A stretch of 64,000 nucleotides of DNA from a virus. The stretch is taken from IMG/VR virus record IMGVR_UViG_3300035492_000037. One strand, given 5' to 3'. Within the stretch, counting starts at the first letter, position 1, and each line of letters opens with the position of its first letter. This document shows, one piece after another, positions 34,350-42,839 of this stretch. Made by a program: the position numbers and the translations under genes. Under the pieces are notes generated by a model. The model was not told the DNA's origin. It saw only the letters and a program-made list of their open reading frames with translations, and did not search any database.

Positions 34350-35279
34350 ATGAATTTCTATCCCTTCCACCCGGGCGATTACATGCTCCGCACAGCTCAC
34401 CTCGACGTTGTTGAGGACCTGGCGTATCGCCGCCTGCTGGACCTGTACTACATCAACGAGCAGCCGATTCAAGGTGCTGCAGAAGCCATTGCTCGTGTTA
34501 TCCGTATGCGTTCAAACGTAGCTGAGGTCGCTGCAGTTCTGGCTGAGTTCTTCGTGGAGACCGAGGCCGGCTGGCAGCATAGCCACTGCGATCAGGTTAT
34601 CGCTCAGTACCAAGCCAAAGCCCGCCAGGCGGCAGAGAACGGCAAGCGCGGAGGTCGCCCGCGCAAAGCTGAAGCTTCAGAAAACGAAACCGAAAATAAC
34701 CCAGAAAAAACCCAGCCGGTTATTTCCGCTAACCCAGAAGAAAGCGGATCGAAAACTAACCAAGAACCAATAACCAAAACCAAAGAAGAGCAAGAGCAAA
34801 AAGCTCTTGTGCCATCTGCCGATGACACGAGCGCCTACTCGGCTGAGTTCGAAGCGTTCTGGGCTGAGTACCCGAAGCGTGAAGGCGGAAATTCCAAGAA
34901 GGGCGCCTTCAAGGCTTGGAATGCTCGCCTCCGCTCTGGCGTGAAGGCCGAAGACCTGATCCTGTCGGCCAAGCGTTACGCCGACCAGATGCAGGCCAAG
35001 GGCAACGTCGGCACGTCGTTCGTCAAGCAGGCCGCCACGTTCCTCGGGCCGGACGAGCACTGGCGCGAGGCGCTGGCTTCGAACGTCCACCCGCTGCGCA
35101 CCACCGCCTCCGGTGGCGTCGTGAAGGGTGATTCCCGTACCTGCCCGCCGCTGACCCGCAAGGGCGATTTCGAGTACTGGAACGCCATCGAGAACCGCTG
35201 GGAAGTCCGCAACTCCGAAACCCACGATCCGGCCACCGGCTACGCCTGGTCCTACCTGAAGTCCAGGGGGATGGCATGA
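34350..35279 (+). CDS. Replication initiator (YdaU/DUF1376-like, lambda O position)
   Basis: MNFYPFHPGDY..T.HL..EDLAYRRLLDLYY; FEAFWAEYPKR…KQAATFL. Confidence 0.85.
   Translation: MNFYPFHPGDYMLRTAHLDVVEDLAYRRLLDLYYINEQPIQGAAEAIARVIRMRSNVAEVAAVLAEFFVETEAGWQHSHCDQVIAQYQAKARQAAENGKRGGRPRKAEASENETENNPEKTQPVISANPEESGSKTNQEPITKTKEEQEQKALVPSADDTSAYSAEFEAFWAEYPKREGGNSKKGAFKAWNARLRSGVKAEDLILSAKRYADQMQAKGNVGTSFVKQAATFLGPDEHWREALASNVHPLRTTASGGVVKGDSRTCPPLTRKGDFEYWNAIENRWEVRNSETHDPATGYAWSYLKSRGMA
34697..34785 (+). repeat. Putative replication-origin iterons inside the initiator gene
   Basis: AACCCAG three times and AACCAA four times in an A-rich tract. Confidence 0.5.
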
Positions 35280-37111
35280 CTCCCTCCGAGATTGCCAGCC
35301 GCCTGGCTGATCGCGTCAACGACGTGTGCCACTACCTGCTGCCGGCCGGTAAGCGCGAAGGCTCCGAGTGGCGCGTGGGCAGCACCAATGGCGAGAAGGG
35401 GCAGAGTCTCGGCGTTCACCTGAAGGGCGAGAAAGCCGGCGTCTGGTGCGATTTCTCAACCGGAGAGACGGGTGACCTGCTGGACCTGTGGCGCGCGACT
35501 CGTGGTTGCGATATGCGCACCGCGCTCAGCGAGGCCAAGAGCTACCTCGGCGTTCACGAGCCGAAACTGGAATCGCCCAAGGTCAAGGAATTTGCCCGCC
35601 CGGATCGCCCGAAGTGTGCCACGCCGAAAGCCGATAGCCCGGTCATGGCCTACCTGAAGGGCCGCGGCCTGAAGGCTGAAACCATCGCCAAGTTCAAGAT
35701 CGCAGAGCAGGGTCGGCTGATCGTCTTTCCCTACCTGCGTGACGGCGGCCTGGTTCACTGGAAGACCATTGGCATTGATCGCGACGAGAACGGCAAGAAG
35801 ACCGGCATTCGCACATCGCCAGGCACTGAGCCGTGCCTGTTCGGCTGGCAGGCAGTTCCGGCCGACGCCCGCGAAGTCACCATCGTGGAAGGCGAGATCG
35901 ACGCCATGACCGCCTGGCAGTACGGCAAGCCGGCATTGTCGGTCCCGTTCGGCGGCGGCAGCGGCAACAAGCAGGCCTGGATCGAGCACGAGTATTCCAA
36001 CCTGGAGCGCTTCGACACGATCTACCTGTGCCTTGACGCGGACGAGGAAGGCGAGAAGGCCACCGAGGAAATCATCAAGCGCCTCGGGCGTGAGCGCTGC
36101 CGCTTGGTCAGCCTTGGCTGCAAGGATTTCAACTACGCGCTCGACACGCTGATGTTGACCGAAGACGACATCGACGAGTGCTACGCCAAGGCGAAGAGCC
36201 TTGATCCGGACAAGCTGGCCGGCGTGCTCGACTTCGCGGACGAGGTTTGCGCTGAGTTCTTCGAGCGCAATCCGACCGTCAGCGGCATGGAAGTGCCGTG
36301 GGAGAAGGCTCGCGACGTGATCCGGTTCCGCTCCTCCGAGCTGAGCGTCTGGACGGGCTGGTCTGGCCACGGCAAGTCGCAGCTCCTGAACTACCTGGCC
36401 TATCACGGTATGCGCAAGGGCGAGAAGTTCTGCATCGCCTCGATGGAGATGCCGGCTCGTCGCACTCTTCAGCGGATGGTTCGCCAGGCTTCCGGCTTGT
36501 GCTACCCGACCCGCGGCTACATCAACGCCATCCTCGAATCTCTGGCCGGCAAGCTCTGGATTTACAACCAAGTCGGTTCGGCCAAGACGAGCGAAATGCT
36601 CGAAACCTTCCGGTATGCCGCCCGCCGCTATGGCGTGACGCACTTCATCGTGGACAGCCTGGCCAAGCTGGGCATGGCAGAGGATGACTACAACGGCCAG
36701 AAGCAGGCCATGGAAGCGCTGGTCGGCTTTGCTCACGAGATGGGCGTGCATGTGCATCTGGTCGCCCACCCGCGCAAGGCGGAAGACGAGTCGAAGGCGC
36801 CCGGCAAGCTCGACGTTCGCGGCGGCGCCATCCTCACCGATCTGGCAGACAACGTGATTACGGTCTGGCGGAACAAGAAGAAGGAAGACGCCATGAAGCA
36901 GGGCGGGGAAGACGCCGAACGCTTCGAGGACCAATCCGACGTTCACATGATCATCAGCAAGCAGCGGCTTACCGGCGAGGAAGGAAAGATCCCGCTGTGG
37001 TTTGACCCTGCCTCCGCGCAATACCTCGAACGAGCCGAAAGCAGGCCGCGCCAGTGGGTGAACTACTCCGGTCCGGTAGAGCAGCGCCATGACCTTAAGG
37101 AGTCCGCATAA
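35276..37111 (+). CDS. Toprim primase-SF4 helicase fusion (T7 gp4/Twinkle-like)
   Basis: IVEGEIDA, CLDAD.EG Toprim motifs; Walker A GWSGHGKS; IVDSL, HLVAHPRK. Confidence 0.9.
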   Translation: MTPSEIASRLADRVNDVCHYLLPAGKREGSEWRVGSTNGEKGQSLGVHLKGEKAGVWCDFSTGETGDLLDLWRATRGCDMRTALSEAKSYLGVHEPKLESPKVKEFARPDRPKCATPKADSPVMAYLKGRGLKAETIAKFKIAEQGRLIVFPYLRDGGLVHWKTIGIDRDENGKKTGIRTSPGTEPCLFGWQAVPADAREVTIVEGEIDAMTAWQYGKPALSVPFGGGSGNKQAWIEHEYSNLERFDTIYLCLDADEEGEKATEEIIKRLGRERCRLVSLGCKDFNYALDTLMLTEDDIDECYAKAKSLDPDKLAGVLDFADEVCAEFFERNPTVSGMEVPWEKARDVIRFRSSELSVWTGWSGHGKSQLLNYLAYHGMRKGEKFCIASMEMPARRTLQRMVRQASGLCYPTRGYINAILESLAGKLWIYNQVGSAKTSEMLETFRYAARRYGVTHFIVDSLAKLGMAEDDYNGQKQAMEALVGFAHEMGVHVHLVAHPRKAEDESKAPGKLDVRGGAILTDLADNVITVWRNKKKEDAMKQGGEDAERFEDQSDVHMIISKQRLTGEEGKIPLWFDPASAQYLERAESRPRQWVNYSGPVEQRHDLKESA

Positions 37112-37372
37112 ATGTCTGATTTCACCGAAATGGCCTCCGCCTACGAGCAGGCCCGCACAGCTCCTGATCCAGTAGACCGCGCCTCTGGCTTAGAGGAAGC
37201 AGACCGCATCGGTGGCGTGGCGCTGGTACAGGCCAGGCTGCAGGGGCAGGGCGCTGAGTTCTGCATCGACTGCGACGAGGAGATTCCGGCCAAGCGTCGC
37301 GCTGCTGCTCCGTGGGCAGAGCGCTGCATCTCCTGCCAGGACGACCACGACAAGCGGGAGGCGCGGAAATGA
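37112..37372 (+). CDS. TraR/DksA C4-type zinc-finger protein
   Basis: DPVDRAS…CIDCDEEIPAKRR…CISCQ. Confidence 0.8.
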   Translation: MSDFTEMASAYEQARTAPDPVDRASGLEEADRIGGVALVQARLQGQGAEFCIDCDEEIPAKRRAAAPWAERCISCQDDHDKREARK

Positions 37373-37554
37373 AGCTTCTGCTCTACGTCCTGTTCGGCTT
37401 CGACCTGTTCGCCTGCCTGGTAATCATGATTCTCGCGGCGACCGGCAAGGATGTCGGGGAGGCACAGCGTTATAACGGGCTGCGTCTGCTGATTGAGGTC
37501 GCCGCCCTGGCTGTTATCTCTGAGATCGGCAAGCGGGGTGCTGCCCGTGGCTGA
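37369..37554 (+). CDS. Small two-TM membrane protein
   Basis: ATGA overlap; hydrophobic segments. Confidence 0.45.
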   Translation: MKLLLYVLFGFDLFACLVIMILAATGKDVGEAQRYNGLRLLIEVAALAVISEIGKRGAARG

Positions 37555-38017
37555 GCGTATAGCAATAAACAGCGCGTCAAGGCTTTCCGAAGCCATCAAC
37601 CGCATCACGATCCTGTACCGGGAGAAGAAGTATCTGGTTCTGAGTCTGCGCGAAGGCAAGGACCGGACCCTCGACCAGAACGCTCTCTGGTTCTCCCTGT
37701 ACGAGCGCATCGCGCAGATGACGCAGATTGGCGACGTGGACGATGCCCGCCGCTACTGCAAGCTGCACTTCGGCGTTCCGATCATGCGCCGCGACTGCGA
37801 GGAGTTCCGCGACGGCTGGAATCGGATCTTCCTGCACCTGCCGTATGAGGAAAAGCTGCGCCTGATGGGCGAGTGCTCGCTGATGGGGCCGGACGGCTTC
37901 CCTGTGACTCGCCTGTTCAACCGCAAGCAGGGCATCGAGTACACCGATCGCATTGTGGCCGAGTTCGCCGGCCGCGGTGTGTTCTTCGGCGACCTGCTCG
38001 GGGAGGCTGCAGCATGA
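37547..38017 (+). CDS. NinB-like recombination protein
   Basis: RTLDQNALWF…YCKLHFG..; nin-region position. Confidence 0.6.
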   Translation: MAERIAINSASRLSEAINRITILYREKKYLVLSLREGKDRTLDQNALWFSLYERIAQMTQIGDVDDARRYCKLHFGVPIMRRDCEEFRDGWNRIFLHLPYEEKLRLMGECSLMGPDGFPVTRLFNRKQGIEYTDRIVAEFAGRGVFFGDLLGEAAA

Positions 38018-38178
38018 CATCTATGCAAATAGTAGCGCTGACTTTTGTTGTCTGGATGTGGCTTTTTGGCCTCATAGACGCCGCGCTTCCAGAGAGCCCG
38101 ATAAACCGGATCTTCGGCATCAGTCAGGCGCTGGTCGCGCTCTTCCTCCTCTGGAATGTCGAGGCCTGGCTTCTATGA
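38014..38178 (+). CDS. Small membrane protein
   Basis: ATGA overlaps; two hydrophobic segments. Confidence 0.45.
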   Translation: MTSMQIVALTFVVWMWLFGLIDAALPESPINRIFGISQALVALFLLWNVEAWLL

Positions 38179-38480
38179 GCAAGCAAACCAAGCTCACAAA
38201 GGCCGCCCACGGTCGAGACTGTCAGGTGCGCCTTCCCGGTTGTCCCAACAACACCGAAACGACCGTCCTCGCGCATTACCGCCTGGCCGGCACCTGCGGC
38301 GTCGGGATCAAGCCGAACAACCTGCAGGGCGCATGGTGCTGTGACTACTGCCACAGCGTCTGCGATGGCCGGATCAAGGCGCCGGAGGGCATGACCCGCG
38401 AGGACATCCGCCTGGCTCACGCTGAAGGCGTTATGCGGACGATCGACATTCTGGTTCGTGAGGGAGTCGTCGCCGCATGA
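38175..38480 (+). CDS. DUF1364/YbcO-like Zn-binding nuclease-like protein
   Basis: AAHGRDCQVRLPGC….TTVLAH.R…G.G.KP…AWCC..CH..CDGR. Confidence 0.8.
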   Translation: MSKQTKLTKAAHGRDCQVRLPGCPNNTETTVLAHYRLAGTCGVGIKPNNLQGAWCCDYCHSVCDGRIKAPEGMTREDIRLAHAEGVMRTIDILVREGVVAA

Positions 38481-38635
38481 AGACCTGCCCCGTAGACGCC
38501 ACCCACAAGACCACCGGCTACAGCCTACGGCAGACCCTGTACTGCCACGACTGCCGCAAGGAACACCCATGGCCGCTAAAGCCCGGCCAGCTCCCCCTGA
38601 TCGCAAACAACAGAGCCACAAGGAAGCCGCAATGA
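38477..38635 (+). CDS. Small Zn-ribbon protein (52 aa), not in the ORF track
   Basis: My translation MKTCPVDATH…YCHDCRKEHPW…; ATGA overlaps at both ends. Confidence 0.5.
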   Translation: MKTCPVDATHKTTGYSLRQTLYCHDCRKEHPWPLKPGQLPLIANNRATRKPQ

Positions 38636-38741
38636 GCTGGCTAGAGATCGCGCTAATCGTCTTTGTCGCCGTCCTTGCCCCGCTAGCGGCCGCATGGGCA
38701 GACATGAAAGTAACCGAATTGAACGAGAAGGAAGCCAGCCA

Positions 38742-39263
38742 GTGAAAGCCCATCAGATCCTCGAAGCCGGCCTAGGCCACATGAAGGACCGATCTGCCAC
38801 CTACGACAAGCCGGCAGGCGAGCGGAGCATGGGCGCCACAGTTGACGCCTTCCGCGCAATCACTGGCCACGACCTGACCGAAGAACAGGGCTGGCTCTTC
38901 ATGGGGCTGCTCAAGATGGTTCGCAGCCAGCAAGGCGGGTTCCGCGCTGACAACTACGAAGACCTTGCCGCATATGCCGGGCTCCAGGGTGAGGCCGCAT
39001 GGGCTGAGCGCGCCAATCAGGACTTCGGCCAGCAGAACACCATCGACTACCGCAGCGCTGAGCAAAAGGGGTTCAACGACCCTCGCACCGTTGCCGGCGT
39101 AGACGTGTCGTTCCCGACCGAGAAGCACATGAGCTTCGCGCCGGAGTGCGAGCACAACTTCGAGGACCACGGCTCCTATCGGTTCGGTTCACGTGGTCAG
39201 CAGCTGACTATCCTGAACTGCGGCAAGTGTGGTGCTGAGCAAGTCGAGGCCGAAGATGAATGA
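38742..39263 (+). CDS. DUF6378-like protein with a C-terminal Zn ribbon
   Basis: DRSATYD..ERSM…FMGLLKMVR…DNYEDLAAY; CEH…CGKC. Confidence 0.65.
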   Translation: MKAHQILEAGLGHMKDRSATYDKPAGERSMGATVDAFRAITGHDLTEEQGWLFMGLLKMVRSQQGGFRADNYEDLAAYAGLQGEAAWAERANQDFGQQNTIDYRSAEQKGFNDPRTVAGVDVSFPTEKHMSFAPECEHNFEDHGSYRFGSRGQQLTILNCGKCGAEQVEAEDE

Positions 39264-39481
39264 GCGCGTCGGAGATGAATGGCTCGCTAAATCTGGCCTG
39301 CTTGACGATGACGGAGCGGCAGTTGATCAACGCGGACAAGCAAGCCTGCCTCATCCGATGGAAGGTGCGCGACCTCAAGGGGCCGGAGAAGGAACGGCAG
39401 GGCCGCGTTCTGCTGGCAGCTGTTCCGGAGAGTGCGCGACCTGCCGTTGTGGCGGCTCTGAAGGCGAGGGCAGGTAAATGA
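39260..39481 (+). CDS. Hypothetical phage protein
   Basis: 73 aa, overlapping neighbours. Confidence 0.55.
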   Translation: MSASEMNGSLNLACLTMTERQLINADKQACLIRWKVRDLKGPEKERQGRVLLAAVPESARPAVVAALKARAGK

Positions 39482-39951
39482 TCATCGGAATCGACCCTGG
39501 CTGCACTGGCGCCATCGTAGTGATGACCGAGAGCCGCAACTACGTGGCTCACCTCAACATGCCGACCATCAAGGTAGGCACGAAGAGTCGCGTGAACGGC
39601 GCCGCCGTCGCTGCCTTCCTGCGCGAGACGGTCGGGGAGTTCACCGCTCATGCCTATCTGGAGCAGGTCGGCGCCATGCCTGGCCAGGGCGTTTCCTCGA
39701 TGTTCACCTTTGGCCATGCCGCTGGCGTGGTCGAGGGCATCCTTCAAGGAGCGTGCATCCCGTACACATTGGTCACCCCGCAATCATGGAAGAAAAGAGC
39801 GGGCCTCATTGGGGCCGACAAGGATGCTGCACGCTCCCGCGCAATCCAGCTCTACCCGGACCTCCGCATTCTCGACCTGAAAGGGAAGGGGCAAGCGGTG
39901 GCCGACGCCATTTTGATCGCCCGGTTTGGGGCTAAAGGGGAGGCAGCCTGA
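39478..39951 (+). CDS. RuvC-like Holliday junction resolvase
   Basis: IIGIDPG, AYLEQV, FTFG, VTPQSWKK, ADAILIA. Confidence 0.88.
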   Translation: MIIGIDPGCTGAIVVMTESRNYVAHLNMPTIKVGTKSRVNGAAVAAFLRETVGEFTAHAYLEQVGAMPGQGVSSMFTFGHAAGVVEGILQGACIPYTLVTPQSWKKRAGLIGADKDAARSRAIQLYPDLRILDLKGKGQAVADAILIARFGAKGEAA

Positions 39952-41087
39952 TGGCCGCACGCAAAGCGACAGACGACGAAATCAAGGCTGCGCTGACTGG
40001 CCGCACTGTGGCAGAGGCTGCGCAGATCCTCGGGCTGCACGAGCGCAATGTCTACACCCACAAGGCGCGCCTGGCTCGCCAAGGGTGGAGCCCGGAGCAC
40101 GGGCTGAACACGGAGTACCCTGACGGCTTCAAGATGGGCAAGGTTACCATCCAGCGGAACGGGCAGGGCGAGATCGTCAACACGTGGGAGCGGATGTGCG
40201 AGGACTCCGAGCGGCAGATGCAGATGATGCAGAGTGCCATCGAGACGCTGTGCAATCGCGTCCCTGCGGTAGCAAGGAGGAAGGCGGTTGGCAGCTTCGA
40301 CGAAAAGCTGTGCGTTGGATATCCAATCGGAGATCCGCATTTCGGCGAATACATCTGGGGCGCCGAAGCTGGCGGCGATTGGGATCTGACCATAGCGCGC
40401 CAAACCCACATCGACGCCATGGCTGCCCTGGTAGAGGGCGACCCGAGGGCTGAGCGCGGGCTGATCGTCAACCTTGGCGATGTCCTGCACTACGACTCAC
40501 TGATGCCGAAGACGCCGCGCTCAGGCCACATCCTGAACTCGGATGGCCGTTTCTCCAAGATGGTTGACGTGCTGATCGACACGATGGTGACAATGATCGA
40601 GATGGGGCTTGATCGGCACAAGACACTGCACGTCATCAATGTCCAAGGCAACCACGACGAGACGGGCTCTCAGTGGCTGTCCCGTGTGCTGGCTGCTCGG
40701 TTTATCAACGAGCCACGCATCACTTTCGACTTAACGCCAAGCGTCTTCAACTACTACCGCTTCGGCAAAGTTCTGGTTGGCAGTCATCACGGACATTCAG
40801 CCAAGCCGGCAGCGCTCCCAGGAGTGATGGCTGCAGATAGACCTATTGACTGGGGCGAGACCATCCACCGCTACTGGTGGACCGGTCACATTCACCACGA
40901 ATCCAAGAAGGAGTTCCCAGGCGTATCGGTTGAGTCGTTCAACACGGTAGCGCCGGCTGATCCTTATGCCTACAACGCCGGTTACCGCTCGCGCCAGACA
41001 ATGAAGTCAATCGTCCTGCACTGCGAGAACGGAGAGGTATCGAGGCAAACGGTTCATCCGGACATGGTGAAAGGGGTGGCAGCATGA
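39951..41087 (+). CDS. HTH plus calcineurin-like metallophosphoesterase
   Basis: N-terminal TVAEAAQILGLHERNV HTH; GDPH, LGDVLH, GNHD, HHGH, GHIH metal-binding motifs. Confidence 0.8.
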   Translation: MAARKATDDEIKAALTGRTVAEAAQILGLHERNVYTHKARLARQGWSPEHGLNTEYPDGFKMGKVTIQRNGQGEIVNTWERMCEDSERQMQMMQSAIETLCNRVPAVARRKAVGSFDEKLCVGYPIGDPHFGEYIWGAEAGGDWDLTIARQTHIDAMAALVEGDPRAERGLIVNLGDVLHYDSLMPKTPRSGHILNSDGRFSKMVDVLIDTMVTMIEMGLDRHKTLHVINVQGNHDETGSQWLSRVLAARFINEPRITFDLTPSVFNYYRFGKVLVGSHHGHSAKPAALPGVMAADRPIDWGETIHRYWWTGHIHHESKKEFPGVSVESFNTVAPADPYAYNAGYRSRQTMKSIVLHCENGEVSRQTVHPDMVKGVAA

Positions 41088-41629
41088 CCTATCGCAACGT
41101 GGTTTCCGCAGTAGTCCGCGCCCTGGCGTCGGAGGTGATTAACTCGGCTGGTGGGTGTGATTTTGAGCCAAAGGTGCAGGCTGCCCGAGTGCCCGGCGCC
41201 ATCTGCGGCAAGGAAGAGGCGTTCCTGACGGACTGCTGGGTGTTCTCACGCCTGCACACGATGTTGGGCCCTGAGCACTGGCGCGCATTGGTGGCGCAGT
41301 ATTCGACGCACGCCGACCGCAAGCGCATTGCCATCGCTGAGTTGGTCGGCACGATCCAATCCCCGGCGCCGGTTCGGTTCATCAACTGCTGTGTGGTGAC
41401 GTGGGCCTATCCGAAGCTTCCGGGCGCAGAGGGCAAGCGGTCAACCAATGTGCTGCCGGCCGGGTGGTACAACATGGACAACTGGAGCGATGACCCGGTG
41501 CCGGTGAAGACCCAAGAGCGCTGGCGTCGTGACATCCGCAAGGGCTTGAAGCAGGCCGTTGACCAGGCGCTGATCGAGGCGCACGAGATCCTGGCTGCTG
41601 AGGGATTGGTGGCAGGCGAGGCGGCGTGA
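41084..41629 (+). CDS. Late antiterminator Q-like protein
   Basis: Last gene of the nin region before the late promoter; C-terminal helical DNA-binding region. Confidence 0.65.
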   Translation: MTYRNVVSAVVRALASEVINSAGGCDFEPKVQAARVPGAICGKEEAFLTDCWVFSRLHTMLGPEHWRALVAQYSTHADRKRIAIAELVGTIQSPAPVRFINCCVVTWAYPKLPGAEGKRSTNVLPAGWYNMDNWSDDPVPVKTQERWRRDIRKGLKQAVDQALIEAHEILAAEGLVAGEAA

Positions 41630-41649
41630 AATAAATTTGCGAAAGGGCG

Positions 41650-41678
41650 TTGACTAGGAACAGTGTTCCTCCTATAGT
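41650..41678 (+). promoter_or_regulatory. acr operon sigma70 promoter with an Aca1-type operator in the spacer
   Basis: TTGACT (41650-41655), 17 bp, TATAGT (41673-41678); palindrome AGGAAC-AGT-GTTCCT at 41656-41670. Confidence 0.85.
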
Positions 41679-41724
41679 GAAGCCATGCCAGTCAGCCGGC
41701 GCGGCGAAACCAAGGAGAGACACC

Positions 41725-41946
41725 ATGTACGCAGGATACCAAGCAGCAAAAGTCGAGTTTGAAGGCCGCACTGTAGTCGTTGATATGGTGACGATTGGTG
41801 GGCTAGTAGGCGACTGGAAGGCGCGCAGCGAGGAAGACAAGTATTGGATTGGAGACCTGATCGGCTTTAATCGCGCCCTCAGCATGGCAATCGACAGCGA
41901 AGACGGCATTGCTGAATACAAGTCCGTTCGCGTAACTATGCAATAA
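41725..41946 (+). CDS. Candidate anti-CRISPR protein A (73 aa)
   Basis: AGGAG RBS; first gene of the aca1 operon; net acidic. Confidence 0.7.
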   Translation: MYAGYQAAKVEFEGRTVVVDMVTIGGLVGDWKARSEEDKYWIGDLIGFNRALSMAIDSEDGIAEYKSVRVTMQ

Positions 41947-41973
41947 ACAGCATACGATAAAAGGAATTTACAA

Positions 41974-42267
41974 ATGAGCCTCACTCATATCTACAGCGGG
42001 AACGCCTACGAGCATGACAATGTTGACAGTCGCGCCGACCTATCGAAAGCCGCGTCGCGAACGGCTGTTGCTGAGCGAGTGCTGCGCGCAAAGCGGCCGT
42101 TCAGCATGGATGAGCGGCGCTGGAATGAACTGAGCGAGTGGGCGAATCAGCAGATCAATGGCTGCGACTCGCTGCCGCCTATGGCTGTCACTGCCATTGT
42201 TGCGTGCCGGTGGCCTGGCGAGCCCGTGCAAAACAATGGCGTTAGGTCTGAAAGCAACGCCAAATGA
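41974..42267 (+). CDS. Candidate anti-CRISPR protein B (97 aa)
   Basis: AAGGA RBS; ATGA overlap with aca1. Confidence 0.65.
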   Translation: MSLTHIYSGNAYEHDNVDSRADLSKAASRTAVAERVLRAKRPFSMDERRWNELSEWANQQINGCDSLPPMAVTAIVACRWPGEPVQNNGVRSESNAK

Positions 42268-42485
42268 AGCCTGACGCCAGCGCCCGTAACCCCGCCCCGG
42301 ATTATCTCCGGGGTCTCATCGAACAGGCAGGCATATCGCAGCGCGAGGCAGCAGAGCTAATCGGCATCGAGCCTCGCCTGCTGCGGTACTACCTGACGGA
42401 CCCGGCGAGCGGGAAACAGTTTCGAGTGGCGCCGTACCCGGTCCAGTTTGCCCTGGAATGTCTCGCGCCATGCAAAGAGGGTTGA
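42264..42485 (+). CDS. aca1: Anti-CRISPR-associated HTH repressor Aca1
   Basis: PDAS..NP.P.YLRGL…AGISQR.AAELIG…R..RYYL…R.APY.VQFALECLA matches the Aca1 sequence as I recall it almost throughout. Confidence 0.92.
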   Translation: MKPDASARNPAPDYLRGLIEQAGISQREAAELIGIEPRLLRYYLTDPASGKQFRVAPYPVQFALECLAPCKEG

Positions 42486-42511
42486 CAGGAGTGCTCTAAT
42501 GAGCCTAAAGT
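42482..42511 (+). promoter_or_regulatory. Putative late promoter pR'
   Basis: TTGACA at 42482-42487 and TAAAGT at 42506-42511 (18 bp spacer), followed by a terminator. Confidence 0.5.
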
Positions 42512-42559
42512 AAGCCATCCTGTCGATCTTGCGCGTTAAGGAATGACATACAGCACATG

Positions 42560-42599
42560 AAGCCCCGGCACAGAGCAATCTGGTCGGGGCTTTTTTATT
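42560..42599 (+). terminator. tR'-like terminator
   Basis: AGCCCCG…CGGGGCT stem followed by TTTTTT. Confidence 0.7.
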
Positions 42600-42839
42600 C
42601 CCATCGAATTCGATGTGTTTGCGCGAACGGCTGATTAGGGCTCGACCACCCGGCGCCCAATTCAATACATCCGCCATGCCTCTGATCATTTTCCTGGCGT
42701 CACGCAAATGATCATGCACAAATCGCGCGGATTTTCATTCGCCTCACGGCAACCCTCTTCCGGCCCCATGCCTGCCTCCTTGCCCCGAGCGGATCGCACG
42801 CGCATGTGAGGCCGGACCAAACACCAACGAGACTCCACT

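Noticed and set aside
35456-37090. 544-aa minus-strand ORF
   Set aside because: Antisense to the primase-helicase, whose motifs are intact
41679-41724. Possible solitary CRISPR repeat (Racr) in the acr leader, GTCAGCCGGCGCGGCGAAAC
   Set aside because: Only the GAAAC end resembles a repeat; length and stem do not fit the I-C, I-E or I-F repeats I know
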